A stretch of DNA of 64,000 bases from Chrysomallon squamiferum. Lineage: Eukaryota; Animalia; Mollusca. This document shows positions 40,068-53,292 of the stretch, piece after piece. The notes beneath the pieces are model-generated. The model saw nothing but the letters and a program-made list of their open reading frames with translations. It searched no databases and was not told the origin of the DNA. Made by a program: the position numbers and the translations under genes. The first letter of the stretch is position 1. Every line of letters begins with the position of its first letter. The stretch covers positions 41,230,001 through 41,294,000 of the forward strand of contig CM022665.1 of NCBI GenBank assembly GCA_012295275.1, read 5' to 3'.

Positions 40068-41470
40068 AAAACCAACAAATTTTTTTGATTTTATTCTCTT
40101 TACTTTGATCAAATATAATTTTCATATACAAAATATCCAATTATATAAAAAGAACATCTCACAGCAGATGTACGTTTGTTTAATACATATGGATGAAGGC
40201 ATGACAAGTGAAATAAAAATATAATTTCAAAAATGATAAATAATGTATTTGTTTAATTATATTAATGTGACTGAAAATAAACAACCAGTTCATAATGAAA
40301 GTCATAAACTTTTGACATATGTAAATGCATTAGTGTTACAGGAAATATGTATCGTTTCAGAAAATATGCGTAATGTCTGATTCACTCAGGAAAAAATGGT
40401 AATGCAATGCTGCAAGTAGATCATTCACCAATCAGTGGAGAATTTCAGGATGGAGGCTAGATTGTGATAGGCTAGTGAGAGCACCAGAATCCAACAGTGC
40501 TGCAAATGAGGAACACTAAATTCCACTGTGAAGACCAGAGTTTTTCTGAAACTGAACAAATTTGAGTCTAGCAATCCATTCAGTTGTATTGTTCTTCTAA
40601 CCAACAAACAAGCATGTCCTTAGTATCTTTCTATAGACAGCTAGGTTTCCCATGGATCATCACCAGCTTTTGCCACATTAATTTAAGTTCAGTGATTTTA
40701 CACATATTTTCTGCATTTTCATTAATTATACCCATTTCCTGCAATATATATAATCAATTTAAAAAAAAGAAGAAGAGAAAAAAAGATTTCTCAAACCTGA
40801 GTGCTAATTAAGGTTGAGAAGAAATGTTTCTGTATAGATTTCTTTTATTATGCCACTTTAAAGTTCTAGAAATAATAAATGTTTTCTTAACTCTGAATTA
40901 AAAGACTCTTAAACATCTTTTATCTCCAATAATAATAATAAAAAAAATAAAAATAAAAAATTAAAATACAAACAAAAATAATTATAAATAAATAATAATA
41001 ATAAAATCTTTATTCAATATTTTCATGTTTTATTCACAAATTCCATTCCAGGCTATTACAAATCAATAATACTTAGTATTACCAACATTTGCATACATTT
41101 TAATTTTATTATTTCTGTTTTGTAAAAGTGCAACAACATACAAAAATACTGTTCTTTTGTGCTGATTAATGAATTAAGAATTAAACATTCAACTATCATT
41201 TTGTGATATACATATACACATCTTTATGAACATTTACAAATACTGATAATTGCTGGATGTGCACAAAAACTCATATTTAATCAAATTATTTTGAATCAGT
41301 AAACAGTACTTGTAGACAAACAGGAGAACAGAATGATTTATTGTGTATGTCATTACCCATACAAAACAAACAAATACCCAGTCATAATTTTATTTTCATC
41401 TTCAGAATATTATAATAAACACAAAAAATAAACTAGTTATTATTATTAACTAATTTATGATTTTTGTACA

Positions 41471-41569
41471 ATAATAATAATAATAATAATAATAATAGTA
41501 ATAATAATAATAGTAATAGTAATAATAGTAATAATAATAATAATAATAGTAATAATAATAATAATATTA

Positions 41570-41613
<44 letters not shown>
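41471..41613. repeat. (AAT/AGT)n microsatellite in the cyclin K 3' region
   Basis: direct reading; explains the poly-Leu ORF. Confidence 0.95.
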
Positions 41614-41614
<1 letters not shown>

Positions 41615-41831
41615 TGGATAAATTTAAAAATAAATGAAATAAATTAACCAAGATTTTTGCATTACTATTTTAAAATACCTGAAACCAGTTTTCTCAGATG
41701 TTTCAAATAATGTTCTAAACCATCTGAAAACACCATACTGTTTTCCAAAATACATTCCCAACTAGCCCATAGACATGTCATTCACACACAAACTATGGCA
41801 GTATTTCATAGCAAATGACAAAGGACTCTTT

Positions 41832-44800
41832 TTATCTCCTGCCTGATGTCCCTGTGATGCGGACTGTGGCCAGTCCAGTGGAAGTTGATGATGTAGTTGC
41901 TTGGCTCCATGAACTTCTTGGCGCTTTGTAGTTATGACCAGAAGGCACAGGCTGTCGTGGATCTCCCATGGGTCCAGGTGGAGGAGGGACCTGGTTTGGA
42001 GGGTACTGACCAGGAGGTGCCGGTGGAGGGGGATACTGCTGGTAGGGTGGAAATGACTGAGGAGGAGGCTGGTAACCAGGCTGCGCTGGTGGAGGTGGAT
42101 TGGGATAAATGGGTAGTGGGGCAGAATAGTTGGGAGGCACCTGATATGATCCGTTGTATGGCATGTTGGAGGGAACTGAACTGACTGGTGGGTAGTTCGG
42201 CTGAGGATAAGAAACTGGGGGCGGTTGGACATATCCCGTTTGCTGGTAACCAGGAGGGTATCCAGGGTTAGCTGTTGGTGGGGGCTGAGTCATTGGGTAC
42301 TGTGGGTACTGATTAGGGGGAGGAGCAACGGGTGGTGGAGGGCCACCTGTCAGAAGAGTCTGAATGTTTTGGGAACCTTCCTGAGACATGAACGATGATG
42401 CATACATTCCTGTTGAAACGTAAGGATTAAACATTGTGTACTGTTCACTGTTTCCTCCTTCTGATATTGGAGGTTGAGATGAAGGAGGCATGGCAACAGG
42501 AGGAATGCTGGCAGTACTGGCTGGAGGTGGAGCTACTTCTGCCTCTTTTTCAGAAATAGGCTCTACACGTCTTTTCGATTTGCCCTGATAGGTTCAATCT
42601 TGTGCTGCTTGGCCTCCACTTTCACTGGTTTCTTTGCATCGTTTGCATGACGGCTATGTTGAGGTTCAACTTTGGGAATCTGCAGACAAATAATATTAAT
42701 TATTTATTCACTTCTGTTTGGAGTAAAACTGCATTGAAACTTTCTGTCTGTAATAAAACTATTTTTATCAGTATGAAGTCATACCAATAATCTGTTAAAC
42801 TTTCATTCGTCAGAAATATAATAATAATGTATTTCCATATATAGAAATAACAATAATTTCTAGCAATGGAATTAATAATAAATAACTGACATTCAGCCCA
42901 TAATATTATTTATATTTGTTTAAAACATCATCAGGCTTCAGTTAATGTAAATCAACTTCTGCACTGACAAACTAAAGATATTTTCTGTAAATATTTTATT
43001 TAAATTGCAATTAACAGGGAAATTTTATTTTTATTGTCAGTTATACATTTTTTGTTTGTTAATAAGAAGTATTGTTTTACAAAAAAAAAAAAAAAAAAAA
43101 AACATTCTCTTCTTTCTGTATAAACATAAAATGTAAGTAAAAAAGATAATAAAAGATGTTTTCTGACATTGATTACAATCTTAATTGATTACAAAATCTA
43201 ATTATACATGCTGATATACATGCTTGCACACTTATGACATTGTGTATATACATATGTTTCTGTATAAAATATAATGTATCTGTGTGTGTGTGTGTGTGTT
43301 TGCATGAGTATATGTATATACATGCCTACCAGTAATGATAAAGAATTTTAAAAATATATTTAAAAAACTAAATACTACTAATAATAAAAAATTGTAGATT
43401 CCAGTCACAAGACTCTCATAGAGAAAGATGCCACACACAAAAAAGAAACTAAAGATGGATATATCTGCCTGCACACTAGCTACAAAAGTCTAGGAAGAAA
43501 TAGAAGAGGACAGCTATAATTTGCATTCACTAGAGAGCTTCTATCAGACACAGAAACCAAAGTAAAGTAAGAAAAGGCAAAGACTAGAACTACATGAAAC
43601 ATGTCATTTTTGTAAATATGTATGTATATATATATGTATATGTATAAAAGGAAAACTAGTTTAGACAAAACTAAGTATAAGTGGTTAGTTGCAGAAAACC
43701 CAAATGCCTAAACACATTCTTCAGTCCTGTGACAAGAAATCTGGCTGAACCTAGTAGACCTAAACCAGAAGCCTTTAGGATCAATGACATCCCATAAAGA
43801 GACAGCAGATTTCATAAGGAGAACAGGACTGGAAGTCTGAGCTTAGCTTTGGGAATGCAGAAGAAGAAGAAGCTGCAGAAAAATTAAAATGTTGACTGGA
43901 TACAAGCGTAAGGAAATGCATGCAGCTGCAGAAGGCTGATACTTGCCACAGTTTTTCTATTTGCTTCTAACTCCTTGTCTTGTGGAATCTCCTTTAACAG
44001 TGCCATAAAAAAATAACGTGTAATATTTCTGCTAAATGTGGATGATACATTTATTAATAGTTACCTGTTAACAAATAGATATTTCTTTCTACAGATTTTT
44101 CTAAATGAAAATTTTAAACTAATGTCTTAAAATTATAAAAACAGTCTGATGATCTCTTCAGAACCAAAACGTCCCACACTTGCAACAGAGTATAATTGGA
44201 AGCTTCACAAATAAATTTGGAATATAAATCTGATGGATGATACCTGTATAAATTAAATTAGTATTAACTATGTTTACTTCTTACCTTTCTTACTTGTTTT
44301 TTCGGAGTTGCAGACCCTGATCTTGATACAGGAGTTCTTGATGCACCACCTTCTTTGGGTGGAGGACTAGGGGGAGGGGAGTCTTCAATTGTCTTTCCTT
44401 TATTGGAATACAGATCTAAAACCTGGTGGCAAATGTCTGCAAGAAGACAGTCATTGGATTTCATTAAATGTAATAATTAATGATAATTGATCATACAACA
44501 CTTTCAAAAATCTGTTGTTAAGAATATAATTTAATAGACTCAGAAGAATGCTATTTTTTCCCCTTGTTTCATGCCTTTTTATACATGGAAATAACAAGTA
44601 AGAAAACACCGATTTTCTTTGTCAAATGTTTTGTTTTATAATTTAAATTTATCTGTGTGAAACTGAAATGTCCACGAGTCTTTCATTAATAAACAAATTC
44701 ATCTTAAATGGATATTTACAGTTTTTAATGGCTACCGTGCAGAATGTTTTTTATTCCAAAATATTTATACAATAGCACACAACACTGTTTTAATAATTTA

Positions 44801-47800
44801 AAAAAAGAAGATAAAGGAAAAAGAAATAATATATTGAAAATTATATAAACAAAAAACACAAAATAAAGCAGAAATCCAAGGCATGAGGTACCTTCCATCA
44901 ATTCCATGGACATATCTTCAATAAAACATTCCCACCATTTTTTCCGGCTACCAGGAATATTTGGTTTGCCGTCCCAGTCTTGAATGTCAAACTTAGAGAG
45001 TCGGGAAGCCAGGTACATGAGAGATACAGCTATAATTTCTGGTTCCCACTGTAAACAGAGTGTTGTACACATACTGCAATGTAAATATATATATATATAA
45101 TTAGTTTATATTATAGTGTGTGTACAAATTCTAAAAAAATATTTAACAGTACATTGCTAATAATTAATCAGCATGCTTAATGAAAGGCAGCAATACATTT
45201 GGTACATTAATGTTTATCAAACCTCAACATGTGATTATGTAATAATGATACAGCAAAAAAAAAAAAAAAAAAGTTATCATCATCTCTATGGAATGATTTT
45301 ACCATGTAGCAGGAAAGTGTCTTTTTTATGCACATTCCTACTGACAGCATGTATTACACCTCTGAAATGCCAGGCTGAGTAATAATGTAAGTATACTAAT
45401 AGGTGCATTGAATAGGACTGATCCTTGGACGTAAACATTAGTGCATATTTCTTAATAATAAATAATAATAAACTGAAGAAATTTAATTACTTAAAATGTT
45501 TTACACTTCTGTAACTGATGTTGGAGAAATCCAACAGTATAATAAAATCACAAAGTAATATCAGGGAAATTCAACTACTGACTATTCCTTAATAATAAAC
45601 TAAAGAAATTTAATCATTCCTGGGAAATTTAACTGAATAAATATTATAATTACAAACCTGTCATTAACAAATGTCCAAGCCATCTGAACCATCTTCTGTA
45701 TCTGTTCTTTGTCTCCTAGTAAAGTAAATATTTAGTGATGTGTGAGTCAAAAGCCACTGCGGTGTTTCAGTTATTTGAATTAAGCCGAATATTATGCATA
45801 CATACATTCTGGTGACTGAATGTGCAAGATAACATTTAATTTTTTTTAAATATACAACTATATACATATATATATATATATAAATATATATACACACATA
45901 TAAACACACATACACAATCTAGGTTGAAACAAAAAATTCACAACATTTTTTAGTTGTTATTCAATGGCAACATTTAGATTTTTGTACAGAGATTTGTTCA
46001 ACAACATATATCATGTCATTTCACCTTTCAGAAAATGTATACATGTCATATATTTCAGCCATGTTTGAAACAAAATTATATGCTCAAATGCCTGTCACCT
46101 GTTGAAAAATGCTACTAACTTTTGTTCCTAACCAGTATAATCCACGTAAGCTCATTTATAGTCATTAACTGTATCTTTCTATGAACATTTAAAATTTTCC
46201 AGAAAAAAATAAAATGAGGGACAAATACTATTGTCTTTTTAAAATGCTGTTCTTGTACATAATAAACTAAATCAACCATAATTATCTGAAGAAAAAAAAA
46301 AGATTTTTAATTTAAATACTTCAGTAATTATAGGAAATTGTGAAGGTTCTGTTTTAACTGAATAATACTCGAAAATTCCAATTTAATAGAAATCAAAATC
46401 TCACCTTTGAGAAATTTTGCATACTTGAGAAGAATGCCATATGGGTGTTCAACTTGTAGGTCAAATTTAATAGTCTGTAGCAGAACTCTTTCCAGTGTCA
46501 TAACTTCTTCCTAGAACACAGAACCATTCAAAATAAATTTACAGAAAGCAATTAGTTAACAAATGAAAGAATTATATTTTAGTTTTAAATTAAAGTATAA
46601 AATGTAAATAAATAAATAAAATATCATATGTTTTCTCCCTAAAATACAAATTTGTTCTTAAATAAAATTAATCATACTACATTTTTGTGATGAAATTTTT
46701 TCCACGATTCTGAATCATTTTATAAGACATTTCTAAATTTACTGATTGCCTAGCTGTGCTCAGTGTCTTGTGCAAAAATGTAGGACTTTTTAAAAAAGTA
46801 TAACACAATTTTATTTAAAGGTATTTATTCATACAAGTCACTTATGAAACAATGGTAAAACTTTAAAAATGGAAAATAAATTTGCAATAGATGTAAAATT
46901 CTGCTAAATATAAATTTATGATTTCACTAACTAACTAAATACAGAATGTCATTTAAACAAGGATTTTACAAATTTCCAGAAAAGTGGGATGAACAAAACA
47001 CAAAAATTATAAGACACTTCAAGGGTTACACCACAAGCGAGCTATACACATTAAGATGTCAAATATTTATTTTGAAATAAAATACTGTGTTCTGCAGTGC
47101 AAACCTTTGGATCACTCCCAAATGTTGAAAACTGCTGAGGGGTCAGTAAACTCTGAGATATTTTGATGATGTCTTTGCATTTCTTTGGTGTTTCTTCAAC
47201 TTTTCCAGCAAGGAAAAGACAACAGGCAGCAGTCACCTTAACAACATTATAAAACAAACATATTTAAATTGTAAAAAATCCTAATTATATATTCACATCA
47301 TGTAACTTATTTTAAATAATATTTAATTTTTTTTTTTTTTAAATTTGAATTATGCATTTATATCATTTAACTTAATTTCAAACTGTTAGAAAAGGAAAAC
47401 AAATATTTTAAAGAAAATTATGCAGGAATACAGTTAATATATGGAAACATACAATTAAAGCTTCAAATAAAATGATTTGAGCCAAGCTTTTTGTTGTAAA
47501 TGCATAACAAATATGTTTGTGTTAGCTTCACTACACATTTTACAATATGATGTAATTTTTGAAAAAATAAATAAATTGTATGGCTTCTTTTAAAGTTTTA
47601 AGAAAATTTTCATATGAATACAATTAACACTTTCACTTTCACAAAAATTTAAATATACAATTAAAAAAGTGTAACTTACATATCTTGGAAATTCTTTGAA
47701 GGAATGGAACATGTAAAATCTATGGAAATACACAACACCAGTTGCATTAGTATCAAAGCGTCTGAATATATGGTTAAGGAAAATATCAATTTTAATACTT

Positions 47801-50199
47801 TTAAGCTACATATTATGTACCATTTGTGCTTAATACCAGTTACACCAGCAAATGGCATATCTGTAAACAGTACTTTTTTAGCTCATGTTAAAACAATGTT
47901 CCTTTGTATTAGGTCCTTTGGAAAGCGACAATCAGAATTGACAACACAGAACTTTTTGTTTTTTGATGTGGCAAGTTTGACAAACAAAAGTGAGTTTATA
48001 CAGTTTGACATAACTTTTTTTGGTATCAGAACTAGGAGTAAAATAAAAAATTGTATCAAAAAATTGAGCTAATGCTCTACGGAACAGATCTAAAAAGCAA
48101 GATAACACATTCCCTTAGCCACACATATAATTATCTTTCACTTAGATCTATATATAGTTTCATCTACAAATATATGTGTAATGCAGTCTTTTGTCCATCA
48201 GATTCAATATATGTGGAATTATCTAATCAAGATCGTCTCCTTTCAAATTAAACAATACAAAAGTGGTGTGAGAATGAAAGTTTTACATCTACTATTATGA
48301 GCAGGATACAGATCTACTGATCAGATTTCTGATACTGATCCACTTTATTTCATAAGCTGTTCACCATGACTAGGAAGAAAGTCATAAAGATGTCCTCAAA
48401 ATATTAACTGGTTGGAATGAACTAGCTATGCACAGTATGTGAGGACACATCTGTTTTCTGTAGTACCTGCAAAGGATGGTCACATACACACTCTATGCCA
48501 AGCTGTATGAAAGGAGGATCTTAAGATGTTACCGAAAATTCACACAGGAGACATCAGTCTCTAAGGCTGCTGTGTCAATGATGGTTTTGGATTTGCTCAG
48601 TCTGTGTGGCTTGAAAGAAGCTATTGCACCATCCAGGTTGAAGTTGCTGGAACATACATTGAACATAGAGAAAATTCAAATCAAAGATACACATCTGGAA
48701 TATCTGGATAAAACCACCATTTCCAGTTCACATATGACAATTCCATACTCAACAGCCCCCTGTTTGGAACCCCTGAAATGGTACTGCTTAAAGGGCAATC
48801 AAAATTGTCTTTTTTAATGCAGTATCTGTAGCTAGCATGGGAAATGAAAGTAATGCAATGTGCTTCAAGTATAAACCTGTATCAAACTTGTTGCCAATCT
48901 GCAATATTATGAGAGTCATAATCAGTTTGAAAGTTTCAAACTTGCTGCACCATCTTTGGAAACTGCATGCAAAGACTGTGCAAAGGATGGAGCATATTCC
49001 TCAATATTTACAATGATGGCTTTCTTCAATTTTGCAGTGAAAAATATCTTCTGTATAAGCACCTATGAATGGAGTTTCAGACAAGTGCATTGAAATATCG
49101 AATACAACACTCTATCCACAAACTGCCAGCAAGAAATGTAGTGTTGAATCCATATATTTAATGTGGATGCAAACTGATGGAAAGCTGGAAAGTAGCAAAG
49201 AATTTTGAACTGGGTCCACAACCATTTCATGTCTCTGACTGAGCAGAACACCACCAACGACAAAGTTTCATCTAGGCAGGAACTGAGCTCTAAACAGAAA
49301 ATCATCACCACCTATGACCATGAACCTGTCTGAAATGAAGATGCAAACTAATGATGCAGACCATAGGCCAAAGTTGTTAAAGGCATCCGATCATGAATTG
49401 CACACTGATTTTAATATCGATGAATCAGGTTGGAGCAGACTAACCACGCTAACCACTGACACACAAGTATATCATATTAAATCAAACCCTCTATGATAAA
49501 CTAAGGATTTATTGTTGGTAATTTTGAGCTTGTTGTTAGTAGTTATAGGTTTTAATTGTTGGTAGTAGTTCTGAAGCTTTGTTGTCTGTATTTGACAGCA
49601 AGTTGTTAACTGACTAGAGGCAACTGACTAGCTAATTTTATTTATTTAATATGTAGTATATATTATTTCTTACTTTCCACATACATATACACCTTTCTGA
49701 AGATACAGGTAAGAACTTTTCTGAAACTGATGACATTTGCTAACTCTGTGAACCTACAGTAAATATATATTTGAGAGGGTTCCTTCATCTTACAAACTTG
49801 GCTGCCTCCAACACTAAATTGAGTCCTGCAATAATGATGGATTTTCTACCATTAAACTTACTCCTGTTCTTGTTGTCAGGAATTCTGAGGCTGTTGTGAT
49901 TTTTTTGTTGGTAATTTACAGGACTGTGGGCAGGTGGTGAAGGTTTTGTCATTATGATGACCATGTTTAAAATAATCAAAGCTATATACAGTATAGTCTC
50001 TGTCACAGATTCGAAAATAAAAATTAGAAACAAATAGTATTTCTTAAAACTGTAAAGGATACAATCCCATCTTAGTACCAGCATCCATAATAAACCGAGC
50101 ACCTTCTCGTCTATATCGAGATTCAACAGGCCATTCGATATTATCATGCAGCGATGGCGAATTACGGATGTCTCTCTTATCAAAATACCAGCAAGGCAT
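41832..50199 (-). CDS. CCNK: Cyclin K, 8 coding exons, with a frame break in the last exon
   Basis: Exons 50199-50063, 47761-47680, 47236-47105, 46510-46405, 45715-45658, 45073-44892, 44436-44294 (or 44285), 42679-. Motifs [102 protein letters not shown]. As written it stops at TAG 42565-42563; the Pro-rich tail (to 41832) is in the -1 frame. Confidence 0.96.
47762..50062 (-). other. U12-type (GT-AG) minor intron, first coding intron of CCNK
   Basis: Donor GTATCCTTT (50062-50054) and perfect branch site TTTTCCTTAAC (47783-47773) ending 9 nt before the terminal AG. Confidence 0.93.
48476..49334 (+). pseudogene. Decayed vertnin-like / OTU-fold cysteine-protease ORF, antisense inside the CCNK minor intron
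   Basis: Joining frames gives [40 protein letters not shown]...[33 protein letters not shown]...IYLMW.../WVHNHFMSL, i.e. Cys-box NCLFNAVS and His-box NHF; at least four frameshifts and several stops. Confidence 0.7.
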
Positions 50200-50622
50200 T
50201 GTCGAATTTCAGTCTAAAACAAACAAAAAGAAAATTATTTTATGAATATAATTTATTTCATACAGATATGACGACAACCACGAACAGTGATTGCGCTGTT
50301 ACTAGTTGTACCACTACTAGAAGTAGGACACTATCACTTGTATCAGTCTGTTACAATTTATAACCGTTGTACGACTCATCTTATTAGTAATAGTAACAGT
50401 ATAAACACAGTGTGATGCCTGCATTACAATTTACATATACAAATATAGTAAATAGCCCGGTCTTAGAAAGAAAAAAACGAAAACAATCTTGGCTTAAATT
50501 ACTAGACTGACCTTTTATTTAATCTAATAAATGTCGTCTGATGCTGAAACATACACAATTTTTATTTTAAAGTGAAATTGCATGTTCCCTATTTTTGTCC
50601 CCAAAATATAGGAAATCAGTCT

Positions 50623-50714
50623 ACTAGTCTCGTTCAACTCGGCACTAGTCTCGTTCTGCGATATCAAACCGGATACAGACGAACAGCGTTAGAATCGATA
50701 CTTCCTGGCGGGAA
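50623..50714 (-). promoter_or_regulatory. Probable CCNK promoter
   Basis: CpG-rich patch upstream of a candidate non-coding exon (donor at 50511, acceptor at 50214); 13-bp direct repeat ACTAGTCTCGTTC at 50623 and 50644, ATCGATA (DRE-like), CTTCC (ETS-like), GGCGGGAA (E2F-like). Confidence 0.5.
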
Positions 50715-52055
50715 CAGAAAAGTTTGAGAGCTAAAGCGTCATTCTAGAGAAGGTTAGAAATAACTTTAATAATACTAAAAATAATAATAAAAATAAAAAT
50801 TAAATAGCAAAAAATATAATTTAAAAATAAATAAAAATAAATAAAAATAGTAACTATATTAATCTGCTATATCAAATGTATGTAATTGCTTAATAATAAT
50901 ATTCCAATTCTGGGTCCTGTGAAATACCGTCAAGTCGCCAAACTTTGTCATTATTGTTACTACTACTACTACGACCACTACTAAATAATGAATCACGAGA
51001 AATTTAAATGTGATGTTGTCCTAGATTGCTTCATGCTGTAATTCTTCACGAAGTAATTGATAAAATAAACCAAACTTGTTTAAAATGTGTATAACCTAAA
51101 CCTTTTGGAAAATTTTCAGACCTAATAATAAATCTCTTTTTTTTTTTTCCTTTGAAAGGTCTCTGAGTTCTGTAGGAGTTGCAGTAATTTAAGTATTCAA
51201 CATGATATATCAAGTGAATTTGCAGGAAATTTTGTGGAGGTTGAGTTTTAAATCACTGACACATCGAAGCAAAGAAAAGTGGGTTTCAAGTTCTTTATTA
51301 GTAGTAGTAGTTTATTTATGTTAAAAATTACATAGCACAGCACAGCAAGGCCCAGCTTAAGGTAGCATAACACAGCATATTATAGCGTAACGCAGCATAA
51401 TAGAACAGAATAGCATGAAATAGTACAATATAATATATAGCATAGTGAGGCATAGTGTAGTATAGTAAGAGGGGTTTCCTAAATCATAGTTTGAAATCAT
51501 AAATTTTACATGATTCCTGAGTTGGGTTGAGGAGAGAGAGAACAGTTTTAAACTGATAAATACATCAATGTTATTTAAAACAGTTCTTGCCTTCATTCAC
51601 ACATAAGCAGGATGTATTTATTTACTGATTAGTTTGTTTATTTATTTATTTATTTATTTATTTATTTTTCTCTGTACAACTTCAGAAGTGCCAGTCCAGC
51701 AGAGGTAGACATAGGTGAACTGCTACACGTTTTTCACTCCACAGAGTTCGACACAAGTCGGAAAAGCTTTGTCTTGCCTGTGATGTTGCAACGATCAAGG
51801 GTTTGTTCCATGTATCTCTATCTCTTTGAAGAGAATGAACAGAAGAGAGACACCCACAAACATACGTACTCACTCTCATTCACATACCCATTCTCTCTCT
51901 GATGCACACACACATATACCCACTGCTTTCACCTTCGCATACATAACCACTGTCTCTAACCCACACATACATAATAAGATCTGAGAGCTGCATACACAAG
52001 TTAAAATTCTAATCAAAAATCACACATGACAGTCATTAGTATTACTATTATTGTG

Positions 52056-52306
52056 CAGGCTGAGGGTCCCTTTTCTGAAATTCTCAAATCCGTAACCTTT
52101 TCTGAGCAGTAGAAATGGTGATATATTAGTGTGTGGACTGTTTTTCATACACAGATTTTATTTTATGCACAAAATTATTCCTGCAGGCTTTTTATAAGCT
52201 GTACATAAAAAAATAAAGGAATTGGTATTTAGAATTTGATTCTGATAATTGAAAATTTGAAAAATTCTGAAATCAGAAGGATTTCGGATAAATAATTCTC
52301 AACTTG
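52056..52306. mobile_element. pogo/Tigger-like MITE (degenerate)
   Basis: CAGGCTGAGGGTCCCTTTTCTGAAA ... TTTCGGATAAATAATTCTCAACTTG|TA imperfect TIRs; shares TTTTATGCACAAAA and TATAAGCTGTA with 36350..36661. Confidence 0.72.
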
Positions 52307-52730
52307 TATTTACTATTGATACATACATTAAAATGATATCGTGTGATAATAAGTTATTTTAAGAACATTCCTATCTGAACATTTTACATGTGAATAGAAT
52401 AAAAAAAAAAAAAAGTGTGAAACCGATAATAAATAACTGCATTTTCTAATCATTTTTTTTAATAATTATTTAGCATCGGTTAACATGAAATTTAATATAT
52501 TTCGTTCATTTATAAAACTGTACTTAAATACTGTTTTCAGTATTATTCGGGAGCTTTTTAATGCATTTGCACGATGTGTATGAAAAATGAGTAAATAATA
52601 AACAACTCTCAGCATTGTTACTTTCTGGTCAGAGGCTGTCAAATGCGACTGCTCCAATTAATTAAAAAGTGACTGTAAAAATAAGCATTAAATAACAGTG
52701 TAATGTGCTTTTTTACCTGTGTCCACAGAT

Positions 52731-53046
52731 TTATTTATTTATATATATATATATATATTTTTTTTTTAGTCAAATTCAGAATTCACCTGGAAAAAGAAAA
52801 GAAGAAAAAAAAAGAAGAAGCTATTAGTGCAATCCCTTAGATGTATATGCAGTACTAAAACTTTATACGATGGCTGCAAAAACACCCACATTATTTATAT
52901 ATATATATATATGTATGTATATATATATTTTTTTTTAGTCGAATTCAGAATTGACCTGGAAAAAGAAAAGAAGAAGCTATTAGTGCAATCCCTTAGATGT
53001 ATATGCAGTACTAAAACTTTATACGATGGCTGCAAAAACACCCACA
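52731..53046. repeat. ~156-bp tandem duplication
   Basis: AAGAAGAAGCTATTAGTGCAATCCC...AAAAACACCCACA twice. Confidence 0.92.
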
Positions 53047-53292
53047 ACTAAACATCAGAAGCAGCTACTACCATCTTCCAAGAGATGATGTCATGTCGGA
53101 GAACGAGTCACTGCAAATTAAACTATGACACCGACAAAGTCCCGAATGGCAGAAGCCAGAACATGCCACTGAAGCACTGTTCCTGAAATAGTGGAACATC
53201 TTCAGCACTGTCCCTTCTAAAAAAAACCAGATGAAAATAGTCTGATCTCGAAACCAAAACCCTGAACTTAAAACAATGAAGAAGAATACAAA

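Noticed and set aside
41762-42232. Overlapping 156-aa ORF and antisense 95-aa ORF in the CCNK tail
   Set aside because: Shadow frames of GC-rich proline codons
48301-48309. Second U12-like donor GTATCCTGC inside the CCNK minor intron
   Set aside because: Imperfect, has no matching upstream U12 branch/acceptor, and is plausible by chance in 2.3 kb
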